From: Acidimicrobiia bacterium
GTDB lineage: Bacteria > Actinomycetota > Acidimicrobiia > IMCC26256 > PALSA-555
Length of the DNA: 64,000 nt
NCBI GenBank assembly: GCA_040881685.1
Contig: JBBECS010000015.1
Location: forward strand, 3,736-67,735
Direction of reading: 5' to 3'
The notes under the pieces were generated by a model that had not been told where the DNA came from, ran no database searches, and worked only from the letters and a program-made list of their open reading frames with translations. Within the stretch, counting starts at the first letter, position 1. Every line of letters starts with the position of its first letter. Below are positions 47,173-56,089 of this stretch, in pieces. A program made the position numbers and the translations under genes.

Positions 47173-48518
47173 TGTTCGACACCCTCGCCGATCGCTTCGA
47201 GGGCATCTTCCGCCAGTTGCGCGGCAAGGGTCGCCTCTCGGATGCCGACGTCGACGCGGTGGCACGCGAGATCCGCCTCGCGCTTCTCGAAGCCGACGTG
47301 CACGTGAGCGTGGTCAAGCAGTTCGTTCGTCGCGTGAAGGAGCGCGCCGTTGGCGAAGATGTCACGAAGAGCCTCAGCCCCGGGCAGCAGGTGATCAAGA
47401 TCGTCCACGAGGAGCTCACCGCGACCCTGGGTGGCGCCGCCGGCAAGCTCCAGGGCGGTTCGCGTTCGCCGTCGGTCGTGATGCTCGCCGGGCTCCAAGG
47501 GTCGGGGAAGACCACCGCCGCAGCGAAGCTCGCCCGTCATCTGGAGCGTGACGGTAAGAAGGTGTTGCTCGTGGCGGCCGACCTCCAGCGGCCGGCGGCC
47601 GTCGAGCAGCTGCGTGTGTTGGGTGAGCGCGTCGGAGTTCCGGTCTTCGCGGAGCCGACCGACCCGGTGTCCGTCGCTCAGGCTGGTGTGGAGGAGGCGC
47701 GTCGCCTGGGATGCGGTGTCGTGGTCCTCGACACGGCCGGTCGCATCCAGGTCGACAGCGAGCTCATGGACGAGCTCGCGCGCATGCGGGACGCGGTCGA
47801 TCCCGACGACGCGCTGCTCGTGCTCGACGCGATGACCGGCCAGGAAGCCGTGAACGTGGCCGAGACGTTCGCCGCAACGATCGCGCTCACCGGTGTGATC
47901 TTGACGAAGCTCGACGGCGACGCGCGTGGCGGGGCTGCGCTCTCGGTGAAGGAGGTGACCGGGCTCCCGATCGTGTTTGCCGGCGTCGGCGAGAAGCTCG
48001 ACGCCTTCGAGCCGTTTCATCCCGACCGGATGGCGAGCCGCATCCTCGGCATGGGCGACGTGCTCACGCTCATCGAGAAGGCCGAGGCCACGTTCGACGC
48101 GGAAGAGGCGGCCAAGACCGAAGAGAAGCTGCGCAAGGGCGAGCTCACGCTCGAGGACTTCCTCGATCAGATGCGCCAGATGAAGAAGATGGGGCCGATT
48201 CAGAACATCATCGGGATGCTCCCTGGCATGCCCAAGGAGCTACGCGACGCCGACATCGACGAAGGCGAGCTCGGTCGGGTCGAAGCGATCATCTGCTCGA
48301 TGACCCCGGCCGAGCGGCGAGACCCGTCGCTCATCAACGGATCACGCCGGAAGCGCATCGCCACCGGCAGCGGCACGACCACCGCGCAGGTCAACGCGGT
48401 GCTCAAGCAGTTCAAGGCCGTGCAGCAGATGATGAAGCAGTTCACGCGGCCGGGGAAGAAGGGCCGCCGGGGTGGCATGGCGATGCCAGGAATGCCAGGG
48501 ATACCCCAGGGACTCTGA
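47172..48518 (+). CDS. ffh: signal recognition particle protein Ffh
   Basis: MFDTLADRFEGIF, LAGLQGSGKTTAAAKLA, DTAGR, TKLDGDARGGAALS, and a Met-rich M domain. Confidence 0.95.
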   Translation: MFDTLADRFEGIFRQLRGKGRLSDADVDAVAREIRLALLEADVHVSVVKQFVRRVKERAVGEDVTKSLSPGQQVIKIVHEELTATLGGAAGKLQGGSRSPSVVMLAGLQGSGKTTAAAKLARHLERDGKKVLLVAADLQRPAAVEQLRVLGERVGVPVFAEPTDPVSVAQAGVEEARRLGCGVVVLDTAGRIQVDSELMDELARMRDAVDPDDALLVLDAMTGQEAVNVAETFAATIALTGVILTKLDGDARGGAALSVKEVTGLPIVFAGVGEKLDAFEPFHPDRMASRILGMGDVLTLIEKAEATFDAEEAAKTEEKLRKGELTLEDFLDQMRQMKKMGPIQNIIGMLPGMPKELRDADIDEGELGRVEAIICSMTPAERRDPSLINGSRRKRIATGSGTTTAQVNAVLKQFKAVQQMMKQFTRPGKKGRRGGMAMPGMPGIPQGL

Positions 48519-48536
48519 ATCGCGTATCGTTCAGCG

Positions 48537-48734
48537 ATGCTGATGCTGAGGTTCGCGCTGCGGGTCGTGCTCTTCTTCTTGGCCTTGGGGATCGTCATCG
48601 GGATCGCGACACCGGAGACGGGGCCGACCGAAAAGATCGTGCTCGTGTTCATGCTCGTCGGCGTGTTGGCCGCCGGCATCCCCGCCGGCCGCATCGGTGT
48701 TCGTCACACGCAGTGGGGCGGGCTCGCCGACTGA
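48537..48734 (+). CDS. small hypothetical 2-TM membrane protein
   Basis: The 65-aa ORF has two hydrophobic segments and plausible codon usage. No family is recognised. Confidence 0.4.
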   Translation: MLMLRFALRVVLFFLALGIVIGIATPETGPTEKIVLVFMLVGVLAAGIPAGRIGVRHTQWGGLAD

Positions 48735-48859
48735 GTCGCGACCGGCTGGGAGGCGATCCGGCCATCTTCGCTAGGCTGCCCTCTCTGCGCACACGTGCCT
48801 GACGTCTGCGCCTTGATCGATCGAATCCTGTTGGACGTTTTGGAGAGGAAACACCGCTC

Positions 48860-49411
48860 GTGGCCGTGAAGATCCGCTTGATGCGGGTAGGGAAGACCAA
48901 GCAGCCCACCTATCGCGTGGTCGTGGCCGACGAGCGGTCGCCCCGCGATGGGCGGATCATCGAGACGATCGGCCACTACGGCCCCCGGGAAGACCCGTCG
49001 TACTTCGACCTCGACAACGAGAAGGCCCTGAAGTGGCTGCGCCAGGGTGCGCAGCCGAGCGAGCAGGTGCAGAAGCTGCTCACCGTCCACGGCGTGTGGG
49101 CCACCTTCGAGGCCGAGAAGGGCCGCAAGCCCGACACCAAGCTGAACCGCCGGGGTTTCCTCACCGGCAAGAACGTGACGCCGAAGCGCAAGAAGAAGGA
49201 AGTCCCGGAAGCCGCGGCACCTGCGGCCGACGCGCCCGCAGCCGAGGCGCCCGCCGCAGAAGCACCGGAGGCAGAAGCCGCGCCCGTAACCGAAGCCGCG
49301 CCAGCTACGGAAGCAGCGCCCAAAGCGGAAGCTGCAGCGCCCGAGCCGGAGGCGGCTGCCGAAGCGCCGGCCGCCGCGGCCGACGAGAGCGCGGAGGACG
49401 CGAGCGAATGA
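48860..49411 (+). CDS. rpsP: 30S ribosomal protein S16 with Ala/Pro/Glu-rich C-terminal extension
   Basis: (M)AVKIRLMRVGKTKQPTYRVVVADERSPRDGRIIE.IG.Y.P, followed by the low-complexity tail AAPAADAPAAEAPAAEAPEAEAAP.... Confidence 0.9.
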   Translation: MAVKIRLMRVGKTKQPTYRVVVADERSPRDGRIIETIGHYGPREDPSYFDLDNEKALKWLRQGAQPSEQVQKLLTVHGVWATFEAEKGRKPDTKLNRRGFLTGKNVTPKRKKKEVPEAAAPAADAPAAEAPAAEAPEAEAAPVTEAAPATEAAPKAEAAAPEPEAAAEAPAAAADESAEDASE

Positions 49412-49764
49412 TCGACGAAGACGACGACAACATCGGCAACCGGATCGACGACAACGAGTTCGAGGACGACGACGACGACCTCGACGACGACGTCGAGATC
49501 GGCGCCGAAGGTAACCGCATCACCGGCACGCGCGCACGCGCGGTCGTCGAGCACGTGGCCCGCTCGTTGGCGGACGACCCCGACGCGATTGAGGTCGACC
49601 TCTCGGAGCGCCGCGGCGAGGTCATGTTGCTCGTGCACGCCAACCCTGACGACATGGGCAGGCTCATCGGCCGTCGGGGACGGGTCATCCAGGCGATGCG
49701 CCAGGTGGCGCGCGCCGCGGGCGCGGCCGAAGGCATCAAGGCGACGGTCGACGTCGCGGAGTAG
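49408..49764 (+). CDS. KH-domain RNA-binding protein (YlqC-like) with an acidic N-terminal extension
   Basis: The C-terminal LLVHANPDDMGRLIGRRGRVIQAMRQVARAA is a KH GXXG motif. The first roughly 35 residues are almost all D/E/N. The ATG overlaps the rpsP TGA (ATGA). Confidence 0.85.
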   Translation: MIDEDDDNIGNRIDDNEFEDDDDDLDDDVEIGAEGNRITGTRARAVVEHVARSLADDPDAIEVDLSERRGEVMLLVHANPDDMGRLIGRRGRVIQAMRQVARAAGAAEGIKATVDVAE

Positions 49765-49777
49765 CGCCGCAACGGGC

Positions 49778-50248
49778 ATGCCCGACGAGGCGCCGGAACG
49801 GTTGGAGGTCGGGCGAATCGGCCGACCGCGCGGCTTGCGGGGCGACGTGACGGTCATGCTCGTCACCGACCGCAATGAGCGCATGGAACCGGGCGCGCAT
49901 CTCTTTGCCGGTGATTACACGATCGTCGTCGAATCATCCCGGCGCCATCGCGCCGGATGGGTCGTGCACTTCGCCGGGGTCGACGACCTCGCTGGCGCGG
50001 AAGCACTGCGGGGCCTGGTGCTCTCGGCCGAGCCACTCGACGCCGGTGACGACCCCTGGGTGCACGACCTCATCGGCTGCGAGGTGCGAGACACGGCCGG
50101 GCGCGCGCTCGGGACCGTGACCGCGGTGGAGGCCAATCCCGCCCACGACCTGCTGGTGCTCGAGGGCGGAGCGCTCATTCCGATGCCGTTCGTAGTCGAG
50201 CACACCCCCGGCCTGGTCGTCATCGATCCGCCCGAAGGTTTGCTCTGA
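49778..50248 (+). CDS. rimM: ribosome maturation factor RimM
   Basis: LEVGRIGRPRGLRGDVTV, a PRC barrel in the C-terminal half, and the conserved position between the KH gene and trmD. Confidence 0.9.
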   Translation: MPDEAPERLEVGRIGRPRGLRGDVTVMLVTDRNERMEPGAHLFAGDYTIVVESSRRHRAGWVVHFAGVDDLAGAEALRGLVLSAEPLDAGDDPWVHDLIGCEVRDTAGRALGTVTAVEANPAHDLLVLEGGALIPMPFVVEHTPGLVVIDPPEGLL

Positions 50249-50979
50249 TGCGCATCGACGTCTACACGGTGTTCCCCGAGTACCTCGACGGCGCGCTCGC
50301 GGCGTCACTGCTCGGCAAGGCGCGTGCCGCGGGCGTCCTCGACGTTCGCTTGCACGACCCGCGCGACTGGGCGACCGACGCGCACCGCAGCGTGGACGAC
50401 ACGCCGTTCGGCGGTGGAGCGGGCATGGTCATGACACCCGAGCCGCTGTTCGCCGCGGTGGAGGCGACCGAGCCGGAGCGGCCGCTGTTCCTGCTCTCGC
50501 CGAGCGGTCGTCGCTTCGATCAGCCGTTGGCGCGCAGCCTCGCCGGCGGTGCGGGTTTCTCGCTCGTGTGCGGGCGCTACGAAGGCGTCGACCAGCGCGT
50601 CGCCGATCATCTGTGCGACGACGAGCTCTCGGTCGGTGACTATGTGCTCGCCGGCGGCGAAGCCGCGGCGCTCGTCGTGATCGAAGCCGCCGCGCGTCTC
50701 GTACCCGGCGTCATTGGGAACGACGAGTCGGCCGAGCACGAGTCGTTCGGTGAACACCAGGGCCTGCTCGAGGAGCCGCAGTACACGCGCCCAGCGGAGT
50801 TCCGGGGCTGGTCGGTGCCCGAGGTCCTGCGGTCCGGCGATCACGCGCGGATCGACCGGTGGCGTCATGCCCAGGCCTTGCACCGGACCAAGGCCCGCCG
50901 CCCCGACCGCTTCCCCGCGGTGCTCACCCCCGAGGACGAGGCCGCGCTCGAGGAGTTCCCCCAGGAAGACGGCGCCTGA
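50248..50979 (+). CDS. trmD: tRNA (guanine37-N1)-methyltransferase
   Basis: MRIDVYTVFPEY, VDDTPFGGGAGMVM, CGRYEGVDQRV, SVGDYVLAGGE and GDHARIDRWR. Confidence 0.95.
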   Translation: MRIDVYTVFPEYLDGALAASLLGKARAAGVLDVRLHDPRDWATDAHRSVDDTPFGGGAGMVMTPEPLFAAVEATEPERPLFLLSPSGRRFDQPLARSLAGGAGFSLVCGRYEGVDQRVADHLCDDELSVGDYVLAGGEAAALVVIEAAARLVPGVIGNDESAEHESFGEHQGLLEEPQYTRPAEFRGWSVPEVLRSGDHARIDRWRHAQALHRTKARRPDRFPAVLTPEDEAALEEFPQEDGA

Positions 50980-51036
50980 ACCCACGGCGCCAAGCGAGCA
51001 GGCCCCCGCTACGATGGGTTCCCCGTCCGGCGAGTC

Positions 51037-51393
51037 TTGGAGATGTCGATGAATGCCACCGACCTGGTCGATGCCGCCCGGGTCCGCACCGACATCCCCG
51101 ACTTCGCGCCCGGCGACACCCTCAAGGTGAGCGTGCGAGTGGTGGAAGGTAACCGCGAGCGGATCCAGGTGTTCCAGGGTGTGGTGACGCGGCGCAAGGG
51201 AAGCGGAGTCCGTGAGACGTTCACGGTTCGCAAGATCAGCTTCGGGGTGGGCGTCGAGCGCACCTTCCCGGTCCACTCGCCGATCCTCGCCAAGATCGAG
51301 GTGGCAAACCGCGGCGACGTGCGGCGAGCGAAGCTCTACTACCTGCGCGACCGGATCGGGAAGGCCGCCAAGGTCAAGGAAAAGCGCGTTTGA
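51037..51393 (+). CDS. rplS: 50S ribosomal protein L19
   Basis: [32 protein letters not shown] and [21 protein letters not shown]. The start may instead be ATG 51049. Confidence 0.9.
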   Translation: MEMSMNATDLVDAARVRTDIPDFAPGDTLKVSVRVVEGNRERIQVFQGVVTRRKGSGVRETFTVRKISFGVGVERTFPVHSPILAKIEVANRGDVRRAKLYYLRDRIGKAAKVKEKRV

Positions 51394-51412
51394 CCCGAGG
51401 ACCCGCGTCGTC

Positions 51413-51706
51413 GTGAGCTCCGAAGACCTGGAGCGCTACGAGACCGAGATCGAGCTCCAGCTGTACCGGGAGTATCGCGACGTTCTCCCGATGTTCGCGT
51501 ACGTCGTCGAGACGGAGCGGCGCTTCTATCTCGCCAACGGCGTCGAGGTGCACACCGAGAACGAGGGTGGTCAGCCGTACTTTTGCATCGAGCTGACCGA
51601 CGCGTGGGTGTGGGACATGTACCGGCCCGCTCGCTTCGTGGCCAATGTGCGCGTGCTCAGCTTCAAAGACGTGAACATCGAGGAGCTCGCGGGCAAGGAC
51701 CTCTAG
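51413..51706 (+). CDS. DUF2469 family protein
   Basis: (M)SSEDLERYETEIELQLYREYRDVLPMFAYVVETERRFYLAN is the typical N-terminus of this actinobacterial family. GTG start. Confidence 0.85.
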   Translation: MSSEDLERYETEIELQLYREYRDVLPMFAYVVETERRFYLANGVEVHTENEGGQPYFCIELTDAWVWDMYRPARFVANVRVLSFKDVNIEELAGKDL

Positions 51707-51710
51707 CCGG

Positions 51711-52073
51711 GTGAGCCGCGATCCTCGCCGGGCGCTCGGTGCGTCGGGAGAGGACCTCGCGGCCCGGTGGTATGCCAAACGTGGCTACCTGCTGCTCGAC
51801 CGGAACTGGCGCTGCCGCGAGGGTGAGCTCGATCTGGTGCTCTCGGCCAAACGGACCGTTGTGTTCTGCGAGGTCAAGACGCGTCGCAGTGACGCATTCG
51901 GTGCGCCGTTCGAGGCGGTCACGCCGACCAAGCAGCGGCGCTTGCGGGGGCTCGCGGCCCGCTGGCTCGACGAGCACCCGCAGCGAGGCGTCGATCTCCG
52001 CTTCGACGTGGCGTCGGTGTACGCGCCCCGTGGTGAGGCGCCGCGCGTCGAGGTGATCGAAGCGGCCTTCTAA
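51711..52073 (+). CDS. yraN: YraN family endonuclease-like protein (UPF0102)
   Basis: GEDLAARWYAKRGYLLLDRNWRCREGELDLV....TVVFCEVKTR. Confidence 0.85.
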   Translation: MSRDPRRALGASGEDLAARWYAKRGYLLLDRNWRCREGELDLVLSAKRTVVFCEVKTRRSDAFGAPFEAVTPTKQRRLRGLAARWLDEHPQRGVDLRFDVASVYAPRGEAPRVEVIEAAF

Positions 52074-52288
52074 CGCCGTTTCGTGCGAGCCGAGCGTTGC
52101 CAGCACGACGTGTGCCAGTGTCGGCGATCGTCGGGTGCGCGGCGTGGAACCACAACGGTGTGCCCTTCGCCGGGTCGGATCTCGTGGTCGCACCCGGGGC
52201 AGCGGTAAGCCTTGACCGCTTCGTACGGTTGCACGCGGCGGACGTCGACGCCGTCATCGGCGTCATCGGGGAACTCGTGGTCCGCCAC
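52070..52288 (-). CDS. small zinc-ribbon protein
   Basis: The 72-aa protein has CPGC...H..C ligand spacing (YRCPGCDHEI...HWHTSCW) and G/C-ending codons dominate. GTG start. Its stop overlaps the yraN stop. Confidence 0.55.
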   Translation of the reverse strand: MADHEFPDDADDGVDVRRVQPYEAVKAYRCPGCDHEIRPGEGHTVVVPRRAPDDRRHWHTSCWQRSARTKRR

Positions 52289-52296
52289 CTCGGCGA

Positions 52297-52380
52297 CTAT
52301 CCGAAGAACGCCCAGGCCAACAGCGCGGCGATCACCAACAGCCCGGCGGCGACGATCGCCGCGTCACCGGAGTGCTTCAC
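52297..52380 (-). CDS. candidate 27-aa hydrophobic micro-protein (below the ORF-track cutoff)
   Basis: GTG AAG CAC ... GGA TAG reads (M)KHSGDAAIVAAGLLVIAALLAWAFFG. 25 of 27 codons end in G/C. It ends 8 nt before the zinc-ribbon gene start. Confidence 0.35.
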   Translation of the reverse strand: MKHSGDAAIVAAGLLVIAALLAWAFFG

Positions 52381-52484
52381 GCGCGCCCGGAACGGGTTGT
52401 AGCCCACGGCGGTACGGTAGCGGCACGGAGATGCAACGGAGGCGTGGCCGGACGGCCGGGACGCCGGAGTGGAATCGACCCGAG

Positions 52485-53297
52485 ATGAAGTCGCTGAAGA
52501 CCTTGCTCGTCGATCGTGACGACCACGGCGTGGTCACGATCACGATGAACCGTCCCGAGAAGAAGAACGCGATGAGCCCGGAGATGACGACGGAGCTCAC
52601 GCACCTGCTCGACGAGATTGCCGACTCGCGCGATGACCGGGTGCTCGTGCTCACCGGCGCCGGCGACGCGTTCACGTCGGGTGCCGACCTCACGCCTGGC
52701 AAGGGCAGCGACAAGGAAAAGGGTTTCGGCACCGGTGGTGCGGGCACCGCACTGCACGGCATGCGCCGACTGGGCCGGTTGGTCCTGCGCCTGCACGACC
52801 TGCCGAAGCCGACGATTGCCGCGGTCAACGGGGCCGCAGTCGGTGCGGGGTGCAACCTGGCGCTCGGCTGCGACCTCATCATCGCGTCCGACGCCGCACG
52901 CTTCTCCGAGATCTTCGCCCGCCGCGGACTGTCGCTCGACGGCGGCGGCTCGTGGTTGTTGCCGCGACTCATCGGCCTGCACAAGGCGAAGGAGCTTGCC
53001 TTTCTGGCCGAGATCATCTCGGCCGAGGAAGCCGAGCGCTACGGCATCGTGAACCGTGTCGTCCCCGCTGGCGATCTCGAGGAGGTGGTCACCGAGTTGG
53101 CCCGCAAGATCGCCGCGCAACCGCCGATCCAGATCTCCATCACCAAGAAGCTGCTCAACCAGTCGTCGTCGGTGTCGATGGCCGAGGCCGTCGAGTTCGA
53201 GGACGTCGCCCAGACCCTCGCCTTCTCGTCACGCGACACCGCCGAAGCGATGGCGGCTTTCATCGAGAAGCGCGACCCCACGTTCATCGGGGAGTAG
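52485..53297 (+). CDS. enoyl-CoA hydratase/isomerase family protein
   Basis: VVTITMNRPEKKNAM, LTGAGDAFTSGADL, IAAVNGAAVGAGCNLALGCDL and F.EKR.P.F. Confidence 0.9.
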   Translation: MKSLKTLLVDRDDHGVVTITMNRPEKKNAMSPEMTTELTHLLDEIADSRDDRVLVLTGAGDAFTSGADLTPGKGSDKEKGFGTGGAGTALHGMRRLGRLVLRLHDLPKPTIAAVNGAAVGAGCNLALGCDLIIASDAARFSEIFARRGLSLDGGGSWLLPRLIGLHKAKELAFLAEIISAEEAERYGIVNRVVPAGDLEEVVTELARKIAAQPPIQISITKKLLNQSSSVSMAEAVEFEDVAQTLAFSSRDTAEAMAAFIEKRDPTFIGE

Positions 53298-53301
53298 CTC
53301 G

Positions 53302-54417
53302 TCAGCGCGGCCAGATCGCGCCTTGGGCGCGGTCGATCCAGCCGGTGCGCTCGAGCTCGAACAACGCGACGGCGACGCGTTCTGGAGTGAGAGCCGCGCG
53401 ACTCGCGAGCTGGTCTGGGGTTGCCGCGTCGCCCCCGAGTGCGCGGAGCAACGCGGCGCCGTCGGACCCTGGTGTAGGGCGCGCCGGCGCCCGGAGCGCG
53501 GGGGCACTCCCGTCCGAAAGGCCGAGCGCGACGAGCAGGTCACTCCACTCGAGGAGCGGTTGGGCGCCATCGGCGATGAGCTCGTTCGTGCCGTGCGCGG
53601 CGGGGTTGCGTCGGGATCCCGGCACCGCGAGCACCGTGCGGCCGTACTCGAGCCCGTACTGCGCGGTGATGCGCGCGCCGCCCTTCAGGGTGGCCTCGAC
53701 GACGACGACCACCTCGGCGAGCGCGGCGATGATGCGGTTGCGCACTGGGAAGCGCCAACGCTCCGGACGAGCACCGAACGCGGCTTCACCGACGACGATC
53801 CCGGCGGCGCGCACCCGCTCGTACAGCGATCGGTGGCGACGCGGGTATTCGATGTCAACCCCGGTCGCGACGACACCCACCGTGAGCCCGCCGGCGGCGA
53901 GTGCTCCTTCGTGCGCCGCCGCGTCGATGCCGATGGCCATGCCGCTCACGACCGTGATGCCGACCGCGCCCAGATAAGCACCGAGCTCGCGCGCGTCCGT
54001 CAGGCCGTGAGGCGAAGCCGCGCGAGTGCCCACGATTGCCACGCGGCGCGCCGCGAGCGCATCCGGCCGTGCCCCCTCGGCGAGGAGCACCGAAGGACGG
54101 TCGGGAACGGGATCATCGATCGGATAGTCGGGAGCGCCATCGACCCACACGAACGTCCCGCGCCGTGCAAGTCGCAACGCCATGCCATCCGCGTCGACCG
54201 AGCTCCGCCAGTCGCGAGCAAGAGCGATGCGGCTCGACATCATCGGGGTGCCGCGTTCCGCCGAGAGCTCGGCATCGGCTGCGCGACCCTCACGGACTGC
54301 GACGAGGGCCTGCCGAACGCTCCCGAAATGATCAACAAGTGCGCGCAGGCGGCCCGGTGTCATCTTCGGAAGGCACGCCAGCGTGGCCGCGGCCACCTCT
54401 CGGCTTGGTTCGGTCAT
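53302..54417 (-). CDS. dprA: DNA-processing protein DprA
   Basis: VAIVGTRAASPHG...VVSGMAIGIDAAAHEGAL...TVGVVATGVD..YP, with a C-terminal winged-helix-like tail. The ATG overlaps the comM stop (ATGA). Confidence 0.9.
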   Translation of the reverse strand: MTEPSREVAAATLACLPKMTPGRLRALVDHFGSVRQALVAVREGRAADAELSAERGTPMMSSRIALARDWRSSVDADGMALRLARRGTFVWVDGAPDYPIDDPVPDRPSVLLAEGARPDALAARRVAIVGTRAASPHGLTDARELGAYLGAVGITVVSGMAIGIDAAAHEGALAAGGLTVGVVATGVDIEYPRRHRSLYERVRAAGIVVGEAAFGARPERWRFPVRNRIIAALAEVVVVVEATLKGGARITAQYGLEYGRTVLAVPGSRRNPAAHGTNELIADGAQPLLEWSDLLVALGLSDGSAPALRAPARPTPGSDGAALLRALGGDAATPDQLASRAALTPERVAVALFELERTGWIDRAQGAIWPR

Positions 54418-55928
54418 GGCACGTCTTCGCGCAGCAGGGCGGCCCAGAGCACGTGGGCTTCCCGGACATCAGGTGAGTCGTCGAGGTCGGCCAGCGTGCG
54501 CGCCACGCGACGGATACGCGCCGCACCGCGACCAGTCATGCCTCGAAGCTCCGCCTGCGCCCGCCATGCGGCGAGCGCCTCCGGACTGAGAGGGACGAGC
54601 CGCTCGAGTGCTCCCGCCGGAATGTGGCCATTGGTTCGCCACGGCGTGCCCGTGAGACGCGCGTGCTGACGAGCTACCGCGCCCGTCACGCGCTCGCGAA
54701 CCGCTTGGGAGGACTCACCGGTCGAGTCGACGGCTTCGGGAGGACGCACGGCGAGCCGGAGATCGAAGCGGTCGAGCAATGGAGCCGAGAGTCGGCGCCG
54801 GTAGCGAGCCCGTTCACGCTCGCCGCATGCACATCCGGGCGGGCCGAGGCCACACGGGCACGGATTCGTGCACGCGACGAGCAGGAAGTCCGCGGGAAAC
54901 GTGAGTGTGATCGGCTGGCGCGCGATCCGCACGACCCGCTCTTCGAGGGGCTGCCGGAGCGCGTCGAGTGCACTCGGGGGGAACTCGCCCAGCTCGTCGA
55001 GGAAGAGCACGCCACGGTGGGCGAGCGTGACCTCGCCCGGGTTCGGGCGACCGGCCCCACCCCCGACGAGCGCGGGCACCGACGCCGTGTGATGCGGCGC
55101 GCGCACGGGTGGTCGGCGCATGAGCCCGCGAGGGGCGCGGCCAGCGACGGAGTGGATGCGGGTGGCTTCGAAGGCTTCGTTGTCGCCCAAGGCGGGCAGG
55201 ATCGTGGCGAGCCGACGGGCCAGCATCGTCTTGCCGGCGCCGGGCGGTCCGGTGAGGAGCAGGTGGTGGTGGCCAGCAGCGGCGACCTCGAGCGCGCGTC
55301 GCGCCCAGGCCAGACCACGCACGTCGGCCAGGTCAAGCGGTTCGGCATCGAAGGGCTCGTCATCGTCGCCACGCGCGGGAGGCGGCGGGGGATCGGGCCA
55401 GGCCGCTTCACCCTTGAGGCAGGCGCGCAGCTCCCTGAGCGAACGCGCGACCCGAACCTGTACACCGCGCGCGAGCGCAGCCTCTGCGGCATCGGCGTCG
55501 GGGACGATGACCGTGGCAACGCCGATGTGCACGAGTGCATCCACGAACGCGAGCGTGCCGGGGACCGATCGGACCGACCCGTCGAGTCCGAGCTCGCCGA
55601 CGACGCCGACGCCGTCGAGCACACCAGCAGGCAGCTCGTCGGCACCGAGCAGCAACCCGAGCGCGACCGCGAGCTCGAGGCCGGCGCCCGTCTTGCGTAC
55701 ACCGCCTGGCGCGAGGTTGACGGTGATGCGTTGCTGGGGCCACGGCAAGTCCGAAGACAGCAGGGCGGCGCGCACTCGCTCGCGTGATTCGCGAACCGCC
55801 GTATCGGGGAGCCCGACCAGGTGATACGCGGGCAGCCCCGCGGACACGTGGACCTCGACCGTGACGATCTGCCCCTCGACACCGAGCAGCGTGGCGCTGA
55901 CCACCGACGCGAGCACCGCGACCTCCAA
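54414..55928 (-). CDS. comM: Mg-chelatase-like ATPase YifB/ComM
   Basis: Lon-protease-like N-terminal domain, then LLLTGPPGAGKTMLARRL, GVLFLDELGEF, and Cys-rich CPCG...C.CG. The start is TTG 55928 or GTG 55919. Confidence 0.9.
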   Translation of the reverse strand: MEVAVLASVVSATLLGVEGQIVTVEVHVSAGLPAYHLVGLPDTAVRESRERVRAALLSSDLPWPQQRITVNLAPGGVRKTGAGLELAVALGLLLGADELPAGVLDGVGVVGELGLDGSVRSVPGTLAFVDALVHIGVATVIVPDADAAEAALARGVQVRVARSLRELRACLKGEAAWPDPPPPPARGDDDEPFDAEPLDLADVRGLAWARRALEVAAAGHHHLLLTGPPGAGKTMLARRLATILPALGDNEAFEATRIHSVAGRAPRGLMRRPPVRAPHHTASVPALVGGGAGRPNPGEVTLAHRGVLFLDELGEFPPSALDALRQPLEERVVRIARQPITLTFPADFLLVACTNPCPCGLGPPGCACGERERARYRRRLSAPLLDRFDLRLAVRPPEAVDSTGESSQAVRERVTGAVARQHARLTGTPWRTNGHIPAGALERLVPLSPEALAAWRAQAELRGMTGRGAARIRRVARTLADLDDSPDVREAHVLWAALLREDVP

Positions 55929-56089
55929 CGGAGAGCCGGTGCGAGCGCACCGGACCGGGCTGGCAGGTCGTCAACCGCGACCGCGACGGGTGGAAGGCAC
56001 CGTATGAGCCGGGTGTGACAGCACCGATCTCGGGCGCAGCGAGGCAGGTGGTGGTGTGGGAGGCCACGTTGAGTGGCTACCGTTTGCGG

